Positions 56,159-64,000 of a stretch of DNA of 64,000 nucleotides are shown here, piece by piece (the first letter of the stretch is position 1; each line of letters opens with the position of its first letter). The position numbers and the translations under genes are program-made. Under the pieces are notes generated by a model, which was given only the letters and a program-made list of their open reading frames with translations, was not told the origin of the DNA and did not search any database. The stretch is from NCBI GenBank assembly GCA_964057225.1, contig OZ059896.1, positions 5,456,001 through 5,520,000 of the forward strand, read 5' to 3'. Origin of the DNA: Auanema rhodensis. Taxonomy: Eukaryota; Animalia; Nematoda.

Positions 56159-57913
56159 ATAACACAGATCGACGCAGCTTAAAAATCCGCATCGAATGTA
56201 CTATACTACATTGAGAAACGCTTAATACAAAAATTAGTTATGATCGTTTGAAAAATGATGCATTAGTGTATGTTGAGTTTCCATGTACACTCAACATTGC
56301 TTCCAAAAACATTTTGACAAAAATTTTCCCGAAAAATTTCAAAATAATTTCACAAAAAGTAGATGTTTTTAGATTTCTTTTTTCAAGACAAAGACGATGG
56401 ACATTGTCATTCAACAAAAAAATTAATTCTTCACGGTGAAAATCGAGGATATAAGTGTGAACCTATATCAGTTGATATCTCGGTGCATTTTTAAGCTAGC
56501 GCAAATCTGATAACACAGATCGACGCAGCTTAAAAATCCGCATCGAATGTACTATACTACATTAAGAAACGCTCAATACAAAAATTAGTTATGATCGTTT
56601 GAAAAATGATGCATTAGTGTATGTTGAGTTTCCATGTACACACAACATTGCTTCCAAAAACATTTTGACAAAAATTTTCCCGAAAAATTTCAAAATAATT
56701 TTACAAAAAGTAGATGTTTTTAGATTTCTTTTTTCAAGACAAAGACGATGGACATTGTCATTCAACAAAAAAATTAATTCTTCACGGTGAAAATCGAGGA
56801 TATAAGTGTGAACCTATATCAGTTGATATCTCGGTGCATTTTTAAGCTAGCGCAAATCTGATAACACAGATCGACGCAGCTTAAAAATCCGCATCGAATG
56901 CACTATACTACATTAAGCAACGCTCAATACAAAAATTAGTTATGATCGTTTGAAAAATGATGCATTAGTGTATGTTGAGTTTCCATGTACACTCAACATT
57001 GTTTCCAAAAACATTTTGACAAAAAGTTTCCCGAAAAATTTCAAAATAATTTCACAAAAAGTAGATGTTTTTCGATTCCTTTTTTCAAGACAAAGACGAT
57101 GGACATTGTTATTCAACAAAAAAATTAATTCTTCAGGGTGAAAATCGAGGATATAAGTGTGAACCTATATCAGTTGATATCTCGGTGCATTTTTAAGCTA
57201 GCGCAAATCTGATAACACAGATCGACGCAGCTTAAAAATCCGCATCGAATGTACTATACTACATTGAGAAAAGCTAAATACAAAAATTAGTTATGATCGT
57301 TTGAAAAATGATGCATTAGTGTATGTTGAGTTTCCATGTACACTCAAAATTGCTTCCAAAAACATTTTGACAAAAATTTTTTCGAAAAATTTGAAAATAA
57401 TTTAGCAAAAAGTAGATGTTTTTAGATTCCTTTTTTCAAGGCAAAAACGATAGACAATGTTATTCAACGAAAAAATTAATTCTTCAGGGTGAAAATCGAG
57501 GATATAGGTGTGAACCTATATCAGTTGATATCTCGGTTCATTTTTAAGCTAGCGCAAATCTGATAACACAGATCGACGCAGCTTAAAAATCCGCATCGAA
57601 TGCACTATACTACATTAAGCAAGGCTCAATACAAAAATTAGTTATGATCGTTTGAAAAATGATGCATTAGTGTATGTTGAGTTTCCATGTACACTCAACA
57701 TTGCTTCCAAAAACATTTTGACAAAAAGTTTCCCGAAAAATTTCAAAATAATTTCACAAAAAGTAGATGTTTTTAGATTCCTTTTTTCAAGACAAAGACG
57801 ATGGACATTGTTATTCAACAAAAAAATTAATTCTTCAGGGTGAAAATCGAGGATATAAGTGTGAACTTATATCAGTTGATATCTCGGTGCATTTTTAAGC
57901 TAGCGCAAATCTG

Positions 57914-60721
57914 ATAACACAGATCGACGCAGCTTGAAAATCCACATCGAATGCACTATACTACATTAAGCAAGGCTCAATACAAAAATTAGTTATGATC
58001 GTTTGAAAAATGATGCATTAGTGTATGTTGAGTTTCCATGTACACTCAACATTGCTTCCAAAAACATTTTGACAAAAATTTTTTCGAAAAATTTGAAAAT
58101 AATTTAGCAAAAAGTAGATGTTTTTAGATTCCTTTTTTCAAGGCAAAAACGATAGACAATGTTATTCAACGAAAAAATTAATTCTTCAGGGTGAAAATCG
58201 AGGATATAGGTGTGAACCTATATCAGTTGATATCTCGGTTCATTTTTAAGCTAGCGCAAATCTGATAACACAGATCGACGCAGCTTAAAAATCCGCATCG
58301 AATGTACTATACTACATCAAGAAACGCTCAATACAAAAATTAGTTATGATCGTTTGAAAAATGATGCATTAGTGTATGTTGAGTTTCCATGTACACACAA
58401 CATTGCTTCCAAAAACATTTTGACAAAAATTTTCCCGAAAAATTTTAAAATAATTTTACAAAAAGTAGATGTTTTTAGATTTCTATTTTCAAGACAAAGA
58501 CGATGGACATTGTCATTCAACAAAAAAATTAATTCTTCACGGTGAAAATCGAGGATATAAGTGTGAACCTATATCAGTTGATATCTCGGTGCATTTTTAA
58601 ACTAGCGCAAATCTGATAACACAGATCGACGCAGCTTAAAAATCCGCATCGAATGCACTATACTTCATTAAGCAACGCTCAATACAAAAATTAGTTATGA
58701 TCGTTTGAAAAATGATGCATTAGTGTATGTTGAGTTTCCATGTACACTCAAAATTGCTTCCAAAAACATTTTGACAAAAAGTTTCCCGAAAAATTTCAAA
58801 ATAATTTCACAAAAAGTAGATGTTTTTAGATTCCTTTTTTCAAGACAAAGACGATGGACATTGTTATTCAACAAAAAAATTAATTCTTCAGGGTGAAAAT
58901 CGAGGATATAAGTGTGAACTTATATCAGTTGATATCTCGGTGCATTTTTAAGCTAGCGCAAATCTGATAACACAGATCGACGCAGCTTGAAAATCCACAT
59001 CGAATGCACTATACTACATTGAGAAACACTCAATACAAAAATTAGTTATGATCGTTTGAAAAATGATGCATTAGTGTATGTTGAGTTTCCATGTACACTC
59101 AACATTGCTTCCAAAAACATTTTGACAAAAATTTTCCCGAAAAATTTCAAAATAATTTCACAAAAAGTAGATGTTTTTAGATTCCTTTTTTCAAGACAAA
59201 GACGATGGACATTGTTATTCAACAAAAAAATTAATTCTTCACGGTGAAAATCGAGGATATAAGTGTGAACCTATATCAGTTGATATCTCGGTGCATTTTC
59301 AAGCTAGCGCAAATCTGATAACACAGATCGACGCAGCTTAAAAATCCGCATCGAATGCACTATACTTCATTGAGAAAAGCTAAATACAAAAATTAGTTAT
59401 GATCGTTTGAAAAATGATGCATTAGTGTATGTTGAGTTTCCATGTACACTCAAAATTGCTTCCAAAAACATTTTGACAAAAATTTTTTCGAAAAATTTGA
59501 AAATAATTTAGCAAAAAGTAGATGTTTTTAGATTCCTTTTTTCAAGGCAAAAACGATAGACAATGTTATTCAACGAAAAAATTAATTCTTCAGGGTGAAA
59601 ATCGAGGATATAGGTGTGAACCTATATCAGTTGATATCTCGGTTCATTTTTAAGCTAGCGCAAATCTGATAACACAGATCGACGCAGCTTAAAAATCCGC
59701 ATCGAATGTACTATACTACATCAAGAAACGCTCAATACAAAAATTAGTTATGATCGTTTGAAAAATGATGCATTAGTGTATGTTGAGTTTCCATGTACAC
59801 ACAACATTGCTTCCAAAAACATTTTGACAAAAATTTTCCCGAAAAATTTTAAAATAATTTTACAAAAAGTAGATGTTTTTAGATTTCTATTTTCAAGACA
59901 AAGACGATGGACATTGTCATTCAACAAAAAAATTAATTCTTCACGGTGAAAATCGAGGATATAAGTGTGAACCTATATCAGTTGATATCTCGGTGCATTT
60001 TTAAACTAGCGCAAATCTGATAACACAGATCGACGCAGCTTAAAAATCCGCATCGAATGCACTATACTTCATTAAGCAACGCTCAATACAAAAATTAGTT
60101 ATGATCGTTTGAAAAATGATGCATTAGTGTATGTTGAGTTTCCATGTACACTCAACATTGCTTCCAAAAACATTTTGACAAAAAGTTTCCCGAAAAATTT
60201 CAAAATAATTTCACAAAAAGTAGATGTTTTTAGATTCCTTTTTTCAAGACAAAGACAATGGACATTGTTATTCAACAAAAAAATTAATTCTTCAGGGTGA
60301 AAATCGAGGATATAAGTGTGAACTTATATCAGTTGATATCTCGGTGTATTTTTAAGGTAGCGCAAATCTGATAACACAGATCGACCCAGCTTAAAAATCC
60401 GCATCAAATGCACTATACTACATTAAGAAACGCTCAATACAAAAATTAGTTATGATCCTTTGAAAAATGATGCATTAGTGTATGTTGAGTTTCCATGTAC
60501 ACTCAACATTGCTTCCAAAAACATTTTGACAAAAATTTTCCCGAAAAATTTCAAAATAATTTCACAAAAAGTAGATGTTTATAGATTCCTTTTTTCAAGA
60601 CAAAGACGATGGACATTGTTATTCAACAAAAAAATTAATTCTTCAGGGTGAAAATCGAGGATATAAGTGTGAACTTATATCAGTTGATATCTCGGTGCAT
60701 TTTTAAGCTAGCGCAAATCTG
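57914..60721. repeat. Degenerate 4-monomer higher-order repeat x2 (1404 bp period) containing the divergent D monomer
   Basis: The order D (TTTTTCGAAAAATTTG..GATATAGGT), H (CACACAAC..TTTCTATT..TAAACTAG), S (TACTTC..AAGCAACG..AAAAGTTT), near-consensus starts at 57914 and again at 59318. Confidence 0.75.
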
Positions 60722-63700
60722 ATAACACAGATCGACGCAGCTTGAAAATCCACATCGAATGCACTATACTACATTGAGAAACACTCAATACAAAAATTAG
60801 TTATGATCGTTCGAAAAATGATGCATTAGTGTATGTTGAGTTTCCATGTACACTCAACATTGCTTCCAAAAACATTTTGACAAAAATTTTCCCGAAAAAT
60901 TTCAAAATAATTTCACAAAAAGTAGATGTTTTTAGATTCCTTTTTTCAAGACAAAGACGATGGACATTGTTATTCAACAAAAAAATTAATTCTTCAGGGT
61001 GAAAATCGAGGATATAAGTGTGAACCTATATCAGTTGATATCTCGGTGCATTTTCAAGCTAGCGCAAATCTGATAACACAGATCGACGCAGCTTAAAAAT
61101 CCGCATCGAATGCACTATACTACATTAAGAAACGCTCAATACAAAAATTAGTTATGATCGTTTGAAAAATGATGCATTAGTGTATGTTGAGTTTCCATGT
61201 ACACACAACATTGCTTCCAAAAACATTTTGACAAAAATTTTCCCGAAAAATTTCAAAATAATTTTACAAAAAGTAGATGTTTTTAGATTTCTTTTTTCAA
61301 GACAAAGACGATGGACATTGTCATTCAACAAAAAAATTAATTCTTCAGGGTGAAAATCGAGGATATAAGTGTGAACCTATATCAGTTGATATCTCGGTGC
61401 ATTTTCAAGCTAGCGCAAATCTGATAACACAGATCGACGCAGCTTAAAAATCCGCATCGAATGCACTATACTACATTAAGCAACGCTCAATACAAAAATT
61501 AGTTATGATCGTTTGAAAAATGATGCATTAGTGTATGTTGAGTTTCCATGTACACTCAACATTGTTTCCAAAAACATTTTGACAAAAAGTTTCCCGAAAA
61601 ATTTCAAAATAATTTCACAAAAAGTAGATGTTTTTCGATTCCTTTTTTCAAGACAAAGACGATGGACATTGTTATTCAACAAAAAAATTAATTCTTCAGG
61701 GTGAAAATCGAGGATATAAGTGTGAACTTATATCAGTTGATATCTCGGTGCATTTTTAAGCTAGCGCAAATCTGATAACACAGATCGACGCAGCTTGAAA
61801 ATCCACATCGAATGCACTATACTACATTGAGAAACACTCAATACAAAAATTAGTTATGATCGTTTGAAAAATGATGCATTAGTGTATGTTGAGTTTCCAT
61901 GTACACTCAACATTGCTTCCAAAAACATTTTGACAAAAATTTTCCCGAAAAATTTCAAAATAATTTCACAAAAAGTAGATGTTTTTAGATTCCTTTTTTC
62001 AAGACAAAGACGATGGACATTGTTATTCAACAAAAAAATTAATTCTTCAGGGTGAAAATCGAGGATATAAGTGTGAACTTATATCAGTTGATATCTCGGT
62101 GCATTTTTAAGCTAGCGCAAATCTGATAACACAGATCGACGCAGCTTGAAAATCCACATCGAATGCACCATACTACATTGAGAAACACTCAATACAAAAA
62201 TTAGTTATGATCGTTTGAAAAATGATGCATTAGTGTATGTTGAGTTTCCATGTACACTCAACATTGCTTCTAAAAACATTTTGACAAAAAGTTTCCCGAA
62301 AAATTTCAAAATAATTTCACAAAAAGTAGATGTTTTTAGATTCCTTTTTTCAAGACAAAGACGATGGACATTGTTATTCAACAAAAAAATTAATTCTTCA
62401 GGGTGAAAATCGAGGATATAAGTGTGAACTTATATCAGTTGATATCTCGGTGCATTTTTAAGCTAGCGCAAATCTGATAACACAGATCGACGCAGCTTGA
62501 AAATCCACATCGAATGCACTATACTACATTGAGAAACACTCAATACAAAAATTAGTTATGATCGTTTGAAAAATGATGCATTAGTGTATGTTGAGTTTCC
62601 ATGTACACTCAACATTGCTTCCAAAAACATTTTGACAAAAATTTTCCCGAAAAATTTCAAAATAATTTCACAAAAAGTAGATGTTTTTAGATTCCTTTTT
62701 TCAAGGCAAAAACGATAGACAATGTTATTCAACGAAAAAATTAATTCTTCAGGGTGAAAATCGAGGATATAGGTGTGAACCTATATCAGTTGATATCTCG
62801 GTTCATTTTTAAGCTAGCGCAAATCTGATAACACAGATCGACGCAGCTTAAAAATCCGCATCGAATGCACTGTACTACATTAAGCAACGCTCAATACAAA
62901 AATTAGTTATGATCGTTTGAAAAATGATGCATTAGTGTATGTTGAGTTTCCATGTACACTCAACATTGCTTCCAAAAACATTTTGACAAAAAGTTTCCCG
63001 AAAAATTTCAAAATAATTTCACAAAAAGTAGATGTTTTTAGATTCCTTTTTTCAAGACAAAGACGATGGACATTGTTATTCAACAAAAAAATTAATTCTT
63101 CAGGGTGAAAATCGAGGATATAAGTGTGAACTTATATCAGTTGATATCTCGGTGCATTTTTAAGCTAGCGCAAATCTGATAACACAGATCGACGCAGCTT
63201 GAAAATCCACATCGAATGCACTATACTACATTGAGAAACACTCAATACAAAAATTAGTTATGATCGTTTGAAAAATGATGCATTAGTGTATGTTGAGTTT
63301 CCATGTACACTCAACATTGCTTCCAAAAACATTTTGACAAAAATTTTCCCGAAAAATTTCAAAATAATTTCACAAAAAGTAGATGTTTTTAGATTCCTTT
63401 TTTCAAGACAAAGACGATGGACATTGTTATTCAACAAAAAAATTAATTCTTCACGGTGAAAATCGAGGATATAAGTGTGAACCTATATCAGTTGATATCT
63501 CGGTGCATTTTCAAGCTAGCGCAAATCTGATAACACAGATCGACGCAGCTTAAAAATCCGCATCGAATGCACTATACTACATTGAGAAACATTCAATACA
63601 AAAATTAGTTATGATCGTTTGAAAAATGATGCATTAGTGTATGTTGAGTTTCCATGTACACTCAAAATTGCTTCCAAAAACATTTTGACAAAAATTTTTT

Positions 63701-64000
63701 CGAAAAATTTGAAAATAATTTAGCAAAAAGTAGATGTTTTTAGATTCCTTTTTTCAAGGCAAAAACGATAGACAATGTTATTCAACGAAAAAATTAATTC
63801 TTCAGGGTGAAAATCGAGGATATAGGTGTGAACCTATATCAGTTGATATCTCGGTTCATTTTTAAGCTAGCGCAAATCTGATAACACAGATCGACGCAGC
63901 TTAAAAATCCGCATCGAATGTACTATACTACATCAAGAAACGCTCAATACAAAAATTAGTTATGATCGTTTGAAAAATGATGCATTAGTGTATGTTGAGT

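Larger units (their letters stand above)
1..64000. repeat. Satellite DNA tandem array, 351-bp monomer, ~182 head-to-tail copies; extends beyond both window edges
   Basis: The unit ATAACACAGATCGACGCAGC...GCTAGCGCAAATCTG recurs continuously. ORF-track starts step by exactly 351 bp from 6054 to 32379 (75 units) and from 33082 to 63268 (86 units). Monomers differ by roughly 0-5%. No inversion or foreign insertion was seen. Confidence 0.99.

Noticed and set aside
90-63459. ~170 near-identical 63-aa ORFs (MKNDALVYVEFP...) as a tandem micro-gene family
   Set aside because: The start is TTG, the composition (K/F/N/I-rich) simply mirrors A/T tracts, there is no recognisable domain, and copies freely gain stops, frameshifts, start losses and many nonsynonymous changes. 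This is a by-product of the repeat.
1-64000. CRISPR-like array with the variable ~15-bp site as spacer
   Set aside because: The variable segments are point-mutant alleles of one sequence that are reused many times, the constant part is over 300 bp, and there are no cas genes.

Overview
The whole 64 kb window is one uninterrupted, head-to-tail array of an AT-rich 351-bp satellite DNA monomer (~31% GC by hand count of monomer 1). There are about 182 copies, all in the same orientation, most likely from eukaryotic heterochromatin (centromeric, pericentromeric or telomeric). I find no supportable genes, transposon insertions or unique sequence. The ~63-aa ORFs are the same TTG-initiated chance frame repeated in each monomer. 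The informative structure lies at two levels. (1) The monomer is densely packed with inverted repeats, and at two of them the variant alleles include compensatory base-pair swaps (A-T to G-C); at a third, both polymorphic positions are pairing partners. (2) Diagnostic SNP and indel haplotypes reveal nested local higher-order repeats and duplications (2-, 3-, 4-, 5-, 6/10-mers; block copies offset by 7, 12, 13 and 21 monomers), mappable chimeric breakpoints, and a left-to-right gradient from homogeneous to more diverged monomers. Species and satellite family cannot be identified from the sequence alone.
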